A DNA stretch of 62,934 bases, counting the filler, from Dicyema japonicum (taxonomy: Eukaryota; Animalia; Dicyemida): the NCBI GenBank assembly GCA_011109175.1. It is 10 parts of 10 records of this genome, joined end to end, with 100 filler letters (N's around TTAATTAATTAA, not from the genome) between each part and the next. Parts side by side here need not be neighbours in the genome. Positions count along the whole stretch, not along the records: positions 1 to 17,287 come from RDEW01000178.1; 9 more parts are not named here. One strand, 5' to 3'. A program made the position numbers and the translations under genes. Shown piece by piece: positions 1-13,789 of this stretch; position 1 is the first letter of the stretch, and every line of letters starts with the position of its first letter. The notes under the pieces were generated by a model. That model was given only the letters and a program-made list of their open reading frames with translations. It was not told the DNA's origin and made no database searches.

Positions 1-2129
1 ATGGACAGAAGGTTACATTTTTTAACTTTGAAAAAGTCAAATCAAATATCTTTGATTATCAGAATTTTATTTTTATGGTGGCAACCCTAAATTTCTAGCG
101 TGTTTAAAATATATTTTTTGTATTGGTTTCTTGCAGAGGTTTTGTGAAAGATAGTTCAGATTATGAAATTTTGAAAGACGTCTTGCAATTCTGTTTGAAT
201 TCTCACTTCCCCTAAAAGTTTTCACGTAAATGCAAATCGTCGTATGTACGCAAGTTCCGGAATTTGCTCACATACTCCTCGTAAACCCAATATGAAAAGC
301 AGAAAATTTATATTTATTACATGTTATTTCTAGACGAGTTATCCTTTACCGAATGGATCTTAACAGTCATCGACATATATAGCAGGTTGGTTTTTTAAAT
401 ATAAGTCTGCAAATTAAGTTTGTGAAAAAAGGACATTACCTCTCATGATCGCGAGTTAATGTTTTGAAAGAGCCACCGTGTTATTCTAAGTTGTTACGTA
501 GTTATTGTATGAAAGCAATAAGGCTGTCATGTGGCGATTACCGGTGCGGAAAGTATCGTCAAGGTGGGTACCGACGCTACCAGGAATAGAGATGTATGTG
601 AGTCCAGCATCTCCATACGTTTGAATGTTGCTTTTAGTTGTTCTTTTGTTGTGAGACGTTCAAAATGAGATAAAATAAATCATTGTGACCAGTTGACAAC
701 GATTTAAGGTTGAGAACGATCTGTAAAATCGATTTAACCGTTAAAGCCGTTTAACCATGTGACCGAAAGTAACGATTAATCAACTTTTAATATCTTACAA
801 ACTTTAAAATGTCAGTGAACCGTGTTCAATGAGCTTTGCTGTATGTTGAACTGATGTTGCTACGTCTCTGATGGAACTACGGCTACAAATTTTCACAACT
901 GTAACTATTTCTTGTGTAAGTATTTCTGCAAGTTTACATAACAGTAAGTTCTCTTAACTTACCTATGGTTCTTAAAGACTTTTGTGTAATATTAGAAGGT
1001 CTCGTCTCTGCATCTGCAGTAGCGAGATTCTGCAAGTTTACATAACAGTAAGTTCTCTTAACTTACCTATGGTTCTTAAAGACTTTTGTGTAATATTAGA
1101 AGGTCTCGTCTCTGCATCTGCAGTAGCGAGAACTGGATATATTCAATTTGTGGTAACTTATCTTCTTTCTGAGTATATCTGATTTTTTTCATTGATGGAC
1201 AATGAAAATTAAGGTTTTATCAGTAATTTAAAGCATTTCAGAGATCATCGTACTCTGGCGAACTAAGGAAATTGAAAAATGCTTTTCATCTCAATCACCT
1301 CGTAACTTCTGGAAAGGTAGTAAGAATTGGTAAAAGAGTCGTCAGTAAATTTAAAAACTACTTTATTTTTTTGATAATTTGTAAAAGACGCCCAATGGCT
1401 AGCTGATGAACAAAAAGAATCTCGCTTTTCCCTACTCAACTGGAGGGGTTCCACAAATGCGGATATAGACAGGATTCACTAAAGAGAATCTGCTTAAGTC
1501 ATTTTCGCGCTTAGGTTTCGCAGCGAGAACTGCTGAAGTTTTGAAAAGGAAAAGGTATTTGGCATTGGGGGTTGGTTAAAATTCCAGTAGATCTCAGTTG
1601 AGACTTCTGGAATTTTTGGCCCGAGTACACTGATTTTATCAGGTCAATCAGGCTGCTTGCAGGACAGCGGAAGAGTGAGCCTAGAATGAAACGATGACTC
1701 TTCCAGAACATTGAGCTCAGTATTCCTCCAGTCTCGTGGGAGTCCCAAGATCCAGACAAAAATAAAATGCACTTCTTTTCAAAATACTAGAGTGCCACCA
1801 TAATAACCACAAGAGATCTTCGTGTGCGCTGCTGACTATTTTAACGAATCTCGTTCGCCATCGTAGAGGGAATAGGCAAGCAGTCAAGGAGGCCGCTTTA
1901 TGAGTGTTTCTTTATTTTATTTTGTTTTAACAATTAATAAATATCTGTGAAAATTACTCAATAGTTTTTTTCAAAATTACTATAATTACTAGCAACTTAA
2001 TTCGGTTTGCTCACAGCCTACTAGTTACCATGGAGGGCTTTGTTTAGTTCATCAGCGATTTATACGCTCAAATATTTTTAACAAATTTTGAATTAATTCA
2101 TCCTTCCTACCCTTTGCCAACTAAATAAA

Positions 2130-3800
2130 ATTAAACTTTGTTTTTCCGGCCTATTAAGCCATATTAAGGACCTTACTTCTGTTATATGGGGAACACCCTA
2201 AACAATTCACTAAAGTCTCTTACTGACCATATTCATCGGAAGAGCTTTCAGATTCTGTCCTTGAACTCCTGTTTGCATCAAAATCAATTGCCTTGAGAAA
2301 AGTTTGTAGATGGGTTAAGATCCATTGCTATAGACAATGTACTTCAGACGCCTGACGTGAAGATTGCTGCCAGAGGAACTTGTAAATTTCTAAGCTTCAA
2401 ACTGATTTTTCTTGGCTCCCAGCAGTATCACAAGAAAGTTTCAACTTTCCTGCAAGAGAACTATGAATCTGTCTAACTATTGTCGTCCAACCTAACAACT
2501 CTTAATCAAACCTCAAAACTAATTACTGTTAAGAAACCAAAACCTGAATCAAAACTAATTACTGTTAAGAAACCAAAACCTGAACCAAAACTAATTAAGT
2601 GGGTTTGTATTCATCGTGTAGGGTCATTTTATGAGACACCACATGTCTCTACTTCGTTTGGACCCCAAAAATTACATCACATTTTCCATAAGTGATGTAA
2701 TAATTTTTCTATCTTTCTGACTTTCAGGTCGTAATCCTCTTCGATATTGGATTTTAAGTCCAGTCCATATGCCAATTTTATCGCAAATCTTCTGGACTTT
2801 TCCAATTTTTTGACAAAGACATCACTTTCTCTTGTTCTAAACCATCCTTGATAACCATATATCAAGAAAGGTTCAACACACGCCAAATACACAAAAGAAA
2901 AAGTTTCAGACTCCAAATGAAATCGAATTAAAGATTCCAACATTCCTGTAGCTTTCTTTCTTGGTGTTTTAATATGTTCCTTGAAAGATCCTTTTCGGTC
3001 TATCAACAATCCGAGATACTTCAATGTTTCAGAGATTTTTATATCCCCAGTATTCACACATTGATTAATATTTTTTCTTTTACTTGCAATTAAAGTGACT
3101 GTTGTTTTTTCCCTCGATAGAGTCAACCCATTGTTTTGGCACCACTTTCCAATCTTAGTAATATGGGATTCCACCCTTTTCCATGAAATTTGTTTATTCA
3201 TGCTTGAATCAAGCACAAGAATGTCATCAGCATAAATAATCGTTTGACTATTTACGCTCTCTGTTTTCGGCAAATCTCTCATTACGCAATTGAAGAGTAG
3301 TGGGCTGAGAATTGAACCCTATGGAACTCCTCTTCACAATTCAATTTTCTTTGAAATTAAATTTCCAACACGTATATATGACTTTCTTTTTGAAAGAAAG
3401 TTTTTTATCAATAATAACGCAGTTTTCCCAATTTCTGCTTTTGACATCGTATCAAGAAGTCCAAAGTGCCAAAAACTTTCAAACGCTTTTGTTATATCCA
3501 AACATGCTATTGTAAGAAATTCCTTTTTATTTCGTGAAATTTGGATTGCAGATCTTAGCTTTTTAAAGCAGTCTCCAGTCCCTTTTTTATGCTGAAATCC
3601 CAGTTGATTATCAGAGAGAAAATTGTTATCCTCAACATGCCTTGATAGAAGATTGAAAACAATTTTTTCCATAACTTTCGATATTGAGCAGACTAGGCTA
3701 CTTGGCCTATAACTATCTGCTTTTGACCTTGGCTTTCCTTTTTTCACAACCATTTTTCTCTGGGTCCAATAATCACACGGAGATCCCAATCCTGAATTTT
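2130..3800 (-). mobile_element. Degenerate non-LTR retrotransposon, RT region (I/jockey/L2-group)
   Basis: ORFs 3789-3334 and 3282-2677 carry RT motifs YRPSSL..ISKVMEKIV, QLGF, LDITKAF, GSILSP, YADD, LKYLGLLID; frameshifted. Confidence 0.85.
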
Positions 3801-3989
3801 TACGTAACGATAAAACAGTGCCTCCATAAAGCTCCTGGCATTGACTACACAGAGATGATGCTATTTAAAAAAATGCCTTCAGAAGGCCTTTCTAGTAATA
3901 TTTTGTCCCAGTTTTATACTTGAATACACCCCCATCTTTATAGAAAAAGTGCTTTGGTTGGTGGACACACCAAGAATATCGAAAAAAAG

Positions 3990-4070
3990 ATCCGCTATAT
4001 TATCATCCCATAAGTCTGACTATGGCTAAAATTATGGGACAGATAGTCTACAAAAAGCCCCATATTGTTA
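3990..4070 (+). mobile_element. Small LINE RT fragment
   Basis: Translates as HPISLTMAKIMGQIVYKK, matching the RPISL..KIME.IV RT motif. Confidence 0.5.
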
Positions 4071-4299
4071 AAATGAATGCCCTCTTTATTATCGTTGGTG
4101 ACTATCTTTTCTAAACTTTTATATAACCAGAGAGATTTCAAAAGTCACATGAATGTTGTTTTCTTTGATGAAAAGGACAAAAAGTTATTTTTCATAACTA
4201 TTATTTATGTGCCTAATAAAAAGTTAAATGCTAAAAAAGTCCTTATAATTGATTGACAATTTCTCTGTATAATTTCATGATGCTTACAGATCAAACTTT

Positions 4300-4980
4300 C
4301 AAAAAATAATTTTCACTGAGCGTATCTTTCGCTCTCATGTGAATTCTCAACTTTAAGTAACTTGTGAGACATGACTACGACTATAATTATCACAATATCA
4401 TTGTCATCCTCTTATTCATTGAATTTAAACCTTGTCATACTTAACCTGACTCTCGGTCATCAATGGAATGTCCAATAGAATTTCGAACTTCAGAGTAGTA
4501 ATAATAGAGTTGACAAAATCTGTCATTAATATTCATGACTTCTTGACGACATCACTATGCACTTTCTTGTGATCACTAATGCGACAGGTAGCATTTAATT
4601 AAATACTCACATTCTATTACAACACGTACCTCTTCAATAGATTCACGAACATTTAGCCTTCTTGAAATAATTGCAAAACGAATCTTTAACTCAAAGATCA
4701 AGTATCTGTCTTAAAGATAGCAGTAATAGCTCTTGTTTCCATTAACCAACCAATCAACCGATCCAATAATGTCAAGATTTATTTTCAATTTAAAAATCNA
4801 CGTACCTCTTCAATAGATTCACGAACATTTAGCCTTCTTGAAATAATTGCAAAACAAATCTTCAACTCAAAGATCAAGTATCTGTCTTAAAGATAGCAGT
4901 AATAGCTCTTGTTTCCATTAACCAACCAATCTACCGATCCAATAATGTCAAGATTTATTTTCAATTTAAAAATTTAGAAT
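4300..4980 (-). mobile_element. Highly decayed R4-like REL retroelement C-terminal fragment
   Basis: Broken translation (DWLVNGN, YCYL.DR, HSDVV, EILLDIPLMTE) aligns by eye with the better copy at 48450-49420. Confidence 0.5.
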
Positions 4981-5551
4981 CCTAGTACAATTCATTATTA
5001 ATTAACGCTGTTTATATTTAATTCACCATGACGACGTTTATATCATGCATTCTATCTAAGCGCACTGAGTCTTGATAACATTCACCGACGAAAGCAATCC
5101 AAAGCCTCTGTCGAAACCACCACCCCTCGATGGTTCATTTAAGTGTGTCAATAACTCTTTCTGTCGTTTCCCCTTAGGTTTCGTATGCGATGGGAGAAAA
5201 CGAAAACAGTCCAGAGTTTTGTTAATGTAAATATATCGTTTGAAGGAGTCCATATGTAAAAAAACATCTAAAGTAGAAAAATTTGGGAGATATTCATAAG
5301 AGCGAGCATCAGCTTCATGTTAATAAATTCATTCCTTGAATGATTCACAACTAATTCTAGTTTGTTCAGTGATGACAATACATTGATGGATATATTACTA
5401 GAAATAGAAAGTAGAAACATTTAAGGTTATATTTCACACGTGCAACCCTCAAAACGATTCTGTTAACAAGCTTCTTTCAACTCAGTTAACACTGAATATC
5501 ATAAGTAAGGATTTAGCCATAGTGATATCAGCAGTTTACTAATTTGATTGA

Positions 5552-5775
5552 TTAACCCCGGATACACCGAGAAAGAAGTTAAAGTAAACAACTAATTAAA
5601 TGTATCCAGTTTCCACTTCTACAGAGTCCATCCTGAATCAACATAAAGGGTAAAAGACGTCTATTCTTGCAGTAGTAGAAACTTCTCCAATAGAGTGGGG
5701 GAAAGCAAATGATCTTTTTTCGTGCCGGCCTGGACTGGGCGCCACCTAGACAATTGGATCACATGACGCCACTCT
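5552..5775 (-). repeat. Dispersed repeat family A copy
   Basis: Reverse-complement homologue of 61965-62194; shares TCGGTGTATCCGGGGTTAA end and GTGGCGTCATGTG head. Confidence 0.8.
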
Positions 5776-5899
5776 GAGAGCGTTATCTAACGTCACTGGT
5801 CCAATATTCTCACGACTACGAAATGATAGTACTGCTAAATACTGCAGAAGAATCTGATTGCAGCAATAAGTTTTCTTTTGCTTTTTATGAAAATAGTTG

Positions 5900-6240
5900 G
5901 GTTTCATTCTCCCTCATGAGCAGAAGAATCCTTATTCATAGTTACAGTCGTAGCTTCCATAAGTAAAGGGACTGACATTCTAGTGTGTGTATACGGCGTA
6001 AAAATACTTGTTCGAAAAAGGGGGATGAGTTTGTGGAGCATAGTCTCAGATTCCGCTAATTCGCACACAACATCGACATACTCTACCAATTTGCTGTTAG
6101 TAGGTCGCAATAGAGTCTTCAAATTTAAGGAGGTTTTTTCGAACAAGTGCAGTCACAACCTTCATATAATAGAGGCCTTTAATGAAGACTTGCTTCGAAT
6201 AAGAGACCACATCAGCCCGGGGGTTATGTAAATAAATAAT
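5900..6240 (+). mobile_element. LINE 3' end remnant
   Basis: Homologous to about 27030-27250 (minus); ends CCCGGGGGTTATG followed by TAAATAAATAAT tail. Confidence 0.5.
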
Positions 6241-6499
6241 TTTGAATCTGTCAAAACAGTCTAATGTTCCCTAGAATTGCCGAATTAATGAATAAATTGT
6301 TGATTTGTTTCGTGATTTTGTGTACAATTTTTCTGTTTGATTTACCAGCTTATAAAAGTAGCTTTAAATATTAATGTGAGTTAACAAGTGAATTATTACT
6401 CAGCAAAAATCCACTGATAGAATCTGTCTTCATTAAATCATTTCTCGTGGATAGGTTTGAATACATGACCCAATTTCTTACGTTTTCCTTCAGGAAAGA

Positions 6500-6900
6500 G
6501 GCTGTGATACTTCCCACGACACCAGACGTTTCAATTGCCACCGGTACAAAACGAAAGCGATCTCCAATTCCACATTTTTTTTAATTTTGATTGTCTCAGC
6601 AAGATCTGCTGCCGATCCAGCAGATTGCGCCGAAGTGAGTATCATCGAGTTTGAATAGAATTCACACAAAGCAGTCCATACTAGCGATTTTCCTTCAAAG
6701 AAAGAAAGATTGTTAGCCCATCCGGTCTTTTCCCGTCTCCGCACACTGAGGCTTTCCGGCAGTGTTGGAACACACATGATAATGTTGTTCATAGCAGCGT
6801 AGTGGGGTGCTCTGCCCGCACTCCTTTTGCACAAAAGCAGATGCAGCTTTTTGTCATCGACGATCCCTCCACATGGAATTGGTGTTCGACACATACATCA
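6500..6900 (-). mobile_element. CRE-clade retroelement zinc-knuckle/REL fragment
   Basis: CGG..D..LHLLLCKRSAGR..H, GKSLVW, SAGSAADLAE.IK.KK; same domain as 34200-34430. Confidence 0.75.
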
Positions 6901-7004
6901 ACTCCATTCACATTTGATGAATTGATTCATAAAAAATATTAAAAATATTAATAAATTAATTAATTGATTGTTGTATAATAATTGGCTGTGTGAACAGTTG
7001 ACTG

Positions 7005-7125
7005 TGATGTCGTGACTACGAAGATCCAGTCATTCGGCAGATACGTGTTTATGTGGGGTCGAAAGAGGAGCATCGGGCCAAGTTGAGATCTCTGATAGGG
7101 CGTTCTGGGATCACATGATTAGTTA
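7005..7125 (+). repeat. Dispersed repeat family B copy (GATTAGTTAG end)
   Basis: Aligns with 60650-60770 and with the reverse complement of about 53665-53770. Confidence 0.7.
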
Positions 7126-7539
7126 GCTTGATGCAACTGTGGTCTCTGATGTTATTATTATTTGCTGTATAAGTGTGTTCAGTATTGATTTTTGTAAATA
7201 TAAGGAAAATTTTATGCACATAATCGTGAAATAAAATGATTTGATATTAAAGTAAGGCTTGTGGCAATAAGAACATGTTGCTAGGTTAGAAGACATCGAA
7301 AATTTACTTTCACCAAATGATAACATTTTAGTAAATCAATTTAGTAAAAATTGAATTTTCTTAAGTTATTCTTAAAAATGAACAACTTTTTCAAAATTTA
7401 TAAAATAAGATGTAAAGTCAAGCCTACGTTTCATTAAGTTCTTGAATCCACCACATCACCGTGTAATTTAACATTTTAAGGTAAAAGGAAGTTATTAAAT
7501 TGGGACTTTAATTTAAGGGACTTTACTTTATTTGTAATG

Positions 7540-7685
7540 AAATCACGGTGGGAGAAGTAATGAATGCAATAGAGAGACTGAAGTGCAATCGCTCGTCAGG
7601 ACCAGATGTCATAAGTGCTGAGTTACTGAATTACGGCCCCAAAACTCTGGTGGAAATTGTGGCCAAAGTATTATACGAAATGTTT
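7540..7685 (+). mobile_element. RTE-like RT N-terminal fragment
   Basis: ITVGEVMNAIERLKCNRSSGPDVISAELLNYG motif. Confidence 0.7.
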
Positions 7686-9069
7686 GCAACGAAAATCTTC
7701 ATAAAGATAAACAAGGTCTCCAAGCTTACGAACAACTTGCTTGTACAGAGAAGCGCTTGTAGCGTCTTCTTCCTTCTTCATCTGATATCCTCCATGAAGG
7801 AACCTCCTCCATCGATGATTTTTCCCGAGGTAGCAGAGTGAATTTACTTTTGGAATACCAAGCGAGTAGGGCTGCTTAGGATGTCTTTTTAGACGATTAA
7901 CCCTCAAGTAGCTGGACTTCTCAGTAGAGAGTCTCATCCCTCTCTTGGAGCACCAATCTTGCACTTGGTCGATGAATGACTTGCTTCTTCCTTCCGATAG
8001 AGTTGACTTCCTCGACGTATCCGTAATCAGAATATCATCTGCGTATATTATCAGTTTGGTGTTCGCATCTGACGGAGTAGGGAAATCAGACAGAAACATA
8101 TTGAACAGAAGCGGCCTGTGGAACGCCCCTCTTCAATAGGATATCTTTTGTCATATATGCCCCAACACGTACTCGAGAAGAACGTCGTGTTAAGAAGTCT
8201 TTTATACATGTGAAGGGTTTCTTTTGGATGTTAGCATCCGCTAGCCTTGTTAAGAGGGCTTCATGCCACACGCTATCGAAGGCCTTGGACAAATCCAAAC
8301 ACACCAGGTTGACTTGCCTCTTGAATTCCAAACCTCTCAGTATCATCGAATGCATGTGATGGATCCAATCTGTGCAGGATTTTCTGGGTCAGAAGCCTCA
8401 TTGAAAAGCTCTCTTGCATGTGTTCGTTTAGTCTCTTTAAGATAATTCTCTCAGCAATCTTGGAGATAGAGCGGAATAGGCTGATTATAGTTGAGGGGGT
8501 CTTTCCCCGACTTTTCTGGTTTAAGTATCATCTTGACAATAGAGGTTTTCCAGCGTCTCGAAATATATCCATGATCAATGCTTGCGTTGATTTTCCTTGA
8601 ACATTCTCATGCTAATGTGGTGATGTCCAGGGGCGTTAGCTTTGCATGCCTTAATGGCAATCACGACGTCCTCTGTCGTTATCTTCATATCATATCTTTG
8701 AGATCGTCCGGAGAGTAAGTAAAAATTCTTTTAAAGCTCTCAACTCTTCCCTCGGAATCAGCTCCGTCGGGTTGACTCCCTGGATACGGTCTAGTTACTT
8801 CTTATAGATTTCTGGGACTTCTTCCATAGAATATGATCCACCTTCTGATTTGTTCAGAGAGATTTTCATATCATTCCTCTACTGGCCTGTTTTTCTTTTG
8901 TAGATCTTCCAGAAAGAACGGTCTTTTGTCTTAGTTTGCTTCCTTTGACTCTCCAACATTGTTCTATTGCCAGTCACGTTTCTTCTCCAATGGCTTTTTT
9001 GATTATCTTTAGTTGACCAGTCAATGTAATCCATCCAGTCTACACATCTTCTGAGTTCGTCTCTCAGTC
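7685..9069 (-). mobile_element. Degenerate LINE RT region
   Basis: LDLSKAFDSVWHEALL, RGVP, YADDILI, YLG motifs across ORFs 8355-8086 and 8099-7671; runs into the N gap. Confidence 0.85.
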
Positions 9070-9675
9070 NNNNNNNNNNNNNNNNNNNNNNNNNNNNNNN
9101 NNNNNNNNNNNNNNNNNNNNNNNNNNNNNNNNNNNNNNNNNNNNNNNNNNNNNNNNNNNNNNNNNNNNNNNNNNNNNNNNNNNNNNNNNNNNNNNNNNNN
9201 NNNNNNNNNNNNNNNNNNNNNNNNNNNNNNNNNNNNNNNNNNNNNNNNNNNNNNNNNNNNNNNNNNNNNNNNNNNNNNNNNNNNNNNNNNNNNNNNNNNN
9301 NNNNNNNNNNNNNNNNNNNNNNNNNNNNNNNNNNNNNNNNNNNNNNNNNNNNNNNNNNNNNNNNNNNNNNNNNNNNNNNNNNNNNNNNNNNNNNNNNNNN
9401 NNNNNNNNNNNNNNNNNNNNNNNNNNNNNNNNNNNNNNNNNNNNNNNNNNNNNNNNNNNNNNNNNNNNNNNNNNNNNNNNNNNNNNNNNNNNNNNNNNNN
9501 NNNNNNNNNNNNNNNNNNNNNNNNNNNNNNNNNNNNNNNNNNNNNNNNNNNNNNNNNNNNNNNNNNNNNNNNNNNNNNNNNNNNNNNNNNNNNNNNNNNN
9601 NNNNNNNNNNNNNNNNNNNNNNNNNNNNNNNNNNNNNNNNNNNNNNNNNNNNNNNNNNNNNNNNNNNNNNNNNNN

Positions 9676-9930
9676 AGTCGGAGTTCGTCTTGGATGTGAG
9701 GCAGCCGTTCACTCCGTCAGAAGATTCAGGAACAGCAGCATTCAAGACTTTAAAAGGCACAATATGGTAAAACTGGACATCAAGAACGCTTTTAACAGCT
9801 TAAGAAGAGACTGCATTCTGGAGGCCTGCAAGAAAAGATGTCCGTACATATTTGAACTGGTCAATTATTCATACGGAAGACCTTCATCACTATTGCACGG
9901 GGATTTTTCATAGTTCCATCGTCCTCAGGT
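9676..9930 (+). mobile_element. Near-identical internal fragment of the CRE element at 31760-34429
   Basis: DNA nearly identical to about 32995-33250 (GVRLGCEAAVH...KLDIKNAFNSL). Confidence 0.9.
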
Positions 9931-10075
9931 GTTATATTAATTGCAACAATCGATTTTGCGGTATAATGACCTTGAATTTATCATATTTTTTAACTTCTTA
10001 TCATTTTTCTTCTTCGCGACAAGCGATCTGATTCTGTCTAAAATGTCCTAAAAAATGTCCAATTATTTCCGTTTG

Positions 10076-10590
10076 CTAATAACTCTTATGATCTTGGAAG
10101 TTACACATTCTGATTTCAACATTTTCCCTGATTGGCCTGACAAGTTTGTTCTCTTCTTCAGTTATAATTTTTTCCAAGTGATAGTTTGATCGCCGCTCAC
10201 CTTGTTTTCTCAAGTCTAGAAAGGATCCTCTCCCTCGAGGGGTTGTAAAACCATCCCTCGCTTCCATAATAAGTTTTGGAAGAATCACATTACGAAAAAC
10301 AGCAATTATAATTATAAAAATTAGCACTTAAAATGATAAAATCTAGCGTTTAAAATTGTTAAATCTATAACTTAAAATAATAAAATATAACATATAAATT
10401 TTATTGTAATATAATAAAAAATAATGCTTGATAATGTCTGGATGGAAGTNCCGATCACCTTGTTTTTTCAAATCTAAAGAGGATCCTCTCCCTCGAGGGG
10501 TTGTAAAACCATCCCTCGCTTCCATAGATAAGTTTTGGAAGAATCACATTACGAAAAACAGCAATTATAATTATAAAAATTAGCACTTAA
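10076..10590 (-). mobile_element. LINE RT thumb fragment, duplicated across a single N; further copy at 15060-15340
   Basis: Alternative frame reads VFRNVILPKLIYGSEGWF..LEK, similar to LIYGYQGWF..LEK in the 2677-3282 element. Confidence 0.65.
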
Positions 10591-10599
10591 AATGATAAA

Positions 10600-11940
10600 A
10601 TCTAGCATTTAAAATTGTAAAATCTATAACTTAAAATAATAAAATATAACATATAAATTTTATTGTAATATAATAAAAAATAATGCTTGATATTGTCTGG
10701 ATGGAAGTTCCTATCCTTTTTTAAAATATTTTTTATCATTTTAATAGCTCTTTCAACAGATGCAGAAGATGCCTGACAGCGTGTAAGAGAAAAATAATCT
10801 TGTTGGCTAATTTTTGGTTCAGTCATTTCAATAATAGGTTTAAATCCATTTGCCTCCATTTTTTATTTATATAATTTTTGATATTTGCCTTGTTATTATC
10901 AAAATGTAGTCCTTGTATATCATAATATGCCCGATTGATTGAGTAGTCACAACACTCCGAAAGTTTAAGAAGATCTACTATTTGCGAATAATTTAATATG
11001 ATTTCCGTTAATTGAAACTTAATATTGTTGACATGATGTTTAGCATTTGATACTAAAAATCCATCTGACTAAAATGTGTTAACAATTTCAAAAATTATTT
11101 CAAAATTCATGAAATAATATTTTACTGCTTGAAACCAACTTCCCCATCTGCATAAATTAACCAAAAGAATACCTAATAATTACCACATCAGGTTGGTATC
11201 CAACATCCTTGAACAAATTACGACGTTTTTGGTTTTTTACTGTAGCAGCTTTAATGCTTGCAATTAAGCCATCTATTTCCGGATATGGACACTTTATACG
11301 TAAAATCGTGTAACATATGAGAAACACACGTCACATGATGCATGTTGTTATACATGACCATTAATGTTTTACCACCTATTTATTTAAATAAATTTATATC
11401 ACCAGAAATCATAAAAGGAGCGTCATCTGAAATTAGTAAATAAAAAGTGTCACGAATAATCTTCATTTTTCTAATGACGTCATCTATTAATTGGCAGAGG
11501 ATAGCAGCAGTGGCATGATTTGCCAGTGTTTTGCATTCAACCAAATAGGATTTTGTTGGAAAGCGAATGCTCCCAATTAGAATCATTACAAAACTTTTCC
11601 TTCGGATATCTGTTTCATCAATTATTATAAAAATCTTTTCGTTTCTAAAAAATAAATTTTAATACGTTAATAATTTTGTCAACTCATTTATCTTTTTTTC
11701 TGCTAGAAACTTGACCGAAGTTCTGCATGAAAATTCGGACGGAATGTTATTTTTAAATGTTTTAAACATTTTTTTGATCGAATCGTTTTTTAATTTGTAC
11801 AGCGGGATGTTTGCTTGTACAAAAGTTTCCGTGATTGTTTCATTAACCGAATCTACTTGGATTGATTCAGTTAATATTGTTTGAACTGAATTACATGAAT
11901 GACCTACAATTGTATTAACAAATTTATACGCATATTGTTC
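10600..11940 (-). mobile_element. hAT-superfamily transposase remnant (CGGBP1-like group)
   Basis: FVQANIPLYKL, LLISDDAPFM, HVTCVSHMLH, and C-terminal dimerisation motif SSASVERAIKMIKNILKKDRNF; stops and frameshifts. Confidence 0.75.
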
Positions 11941-11984
11941 AGATGTATTAAAGAAAAACGATGATCAGTTATCCATCTGCTGCA

Positions 11985-12256
11985 TCGGCATTCGATCTGT
12001 CTAAGAAAATCAAGATTAAAAAATATAGTAAAATTGTAGATCGTTTTCGTTTTGTACCTGTGGCAAGCGAATCGTCTGGTGCTGCAGGAAGAAGTACAGC
12101 CTCTTTTCTGAAGGAAATCAGGAGGAAATTGGCTTATCGTTAGAAAGACGAGCGGAGAGCTGTCTGGCTGAGGGAACGAATTGGGATTTCAGTTGTCCGC
12201 GGAAACGCTTACTCCGTAATGTCGACAGTCGCTCTTCCCCGTTATTATTATTAGCA
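11985..12256 (+). mobile_element. CRE-clade element 3' end with (TTA)n tail
   Basis: KKYSKI..RFRFVPVASESSG..G..T..FLKEI..ERIGISVVRGNA, followed by TTATTATTATTAG. Confidence 0.8.
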
Positions 12257-12299
12257 CTTTAACGAGATCCATTATATTTATAATCCGCATGTGCAGCCA

Positions 12300-13200
12300 A
12301 AAATATAAGAAAAAGAGTTAGTTTGTTCCAGGCTTTTCTGTTCTTAGCCAGATCCCTCAGTGTCTCCTAGCCGTCAGCAGATGACAATGATTTTTTTACG
12401 CCTTTCAGATCGTTGTGTAAAACGACCGGGAGGGTTGTTCTTGTCTTCAACTAAGTTTTTTACATGGGATAAGTAGTAATCTTCCATAGCGATATTCGGG
12501 GGGATGTCGGGTCCAATTTCAGGACGTGTCTAAAGAGTCTCCAACGAGAACTAATGATCTCGAGACTTATTGGTGTACAGTCACACATATTGTACAGTCC
12601 TTTCCGTGAGATCTTAGATTGCCAGGACATTCCAGCTATGTTTCTTAGATGATTCCCGTGAAACGAGTCTAGCCTCTCCAATTCCTCTTTTGAGGTGGCC
12701 CAGGTCCCAGAGTTGTATAGGGCGATTGGTTTGATGAAGGTGTCGTATAACATAATCCTTTGTTTTATGTTATTACCTTTCCGGTTTAGTCATAGGTTTT
12801 GTAGTCTATAATGCCGCGTTTGCCATTGTTTTTCTCAGAATGATATCTTCACTATCTCATAATAGGGAGCCAAGTTTCTTTGTGTGTCTCCATTTCTTTT
12901 CGAGTGAGTTATTCATTCGTCTTATTTTTGTCCGTTCTGTTTTTTTTCTGTTTACGGTGAGAAATTATTTCTCAATTATATCTTGTACTTTTTCTAGTAC
13001 ATGTTCTAAGAATTCTTTGTCTTCGGAGATTAGGATTTCGAAATCATCATAATAAATCATATCTATTTTACCTTGGAATAATGGTCTCAGTTTTCTCAGT
13101 ATATTATGAATAGTAGCAGAGAGAAGGAGTATCCTCAAAGACTGCTTCCGTTTGTTTCGAATTTTCTTGAGAAGATTTTTCTAACTCTCATAAGGAGCTC
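12300..13200 (-). mobile_element. RTE-clade LINE, RT C-terminal half
   Basis: YYDD, KKLGSLL, LYNSGTW, RWRLFRHVL, RTTLPVVLHND. Confidence 0.8.
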
Positions 13201-13789
13201 TGTGTTAGATTTATTTATTAATTTATTAACTTCGGATAAACAGAGAACGAAGTTAAAGTGAATTCCAGGACTGCTCCCTATTTCACCCAGTGTGACCAAC
13301 TCCACAGATTAACAAGATCTTACGTACGACAGCGGAAATATCTTCAACGTTCGGTTCGTGTCATAGTCATAAAAGTATTCCACGCTTCCAGTGAGAATGG
13401 CAGACTTGGAATTCGGAACCCTGTGGACCTTTTTTTCCCTTCATACTTATCATGCCTAGTGCCTGTAACTCTCATGTCGAGAAGATTCGACACTCTCTAC
13501 TTGTATTCTCTATCAACAAGGACGCCGGCCATGCTCATGATGCCTNGTGGACCTTTTTTCCCTTCATACCTATCATGTCTAGTGCCTGTAACTCTCATGT
13601 CGAGAATATTCGACACTCTCTACTTGTATTCTCTATCATCAAGGACGCCGGCCATGCTCATGATGTCTGGAGACTCACTTATCAGCTTTTTCTTAACTTC
13701 CACGTTCTCTCAGCTGGGCTTGGACGATGCTATATGCTGGAAATTTTCAAAAATTTGCTATTGTCATCTAGCCAAGATTTGCTAGTCTT

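Noticed and set aside
1403-1440. CTGATGA as a hammerhead ribozyme core in a family A-related copy
   Set aside because: No stem II plus GAAA geometry, and the motif is absent from the other copies
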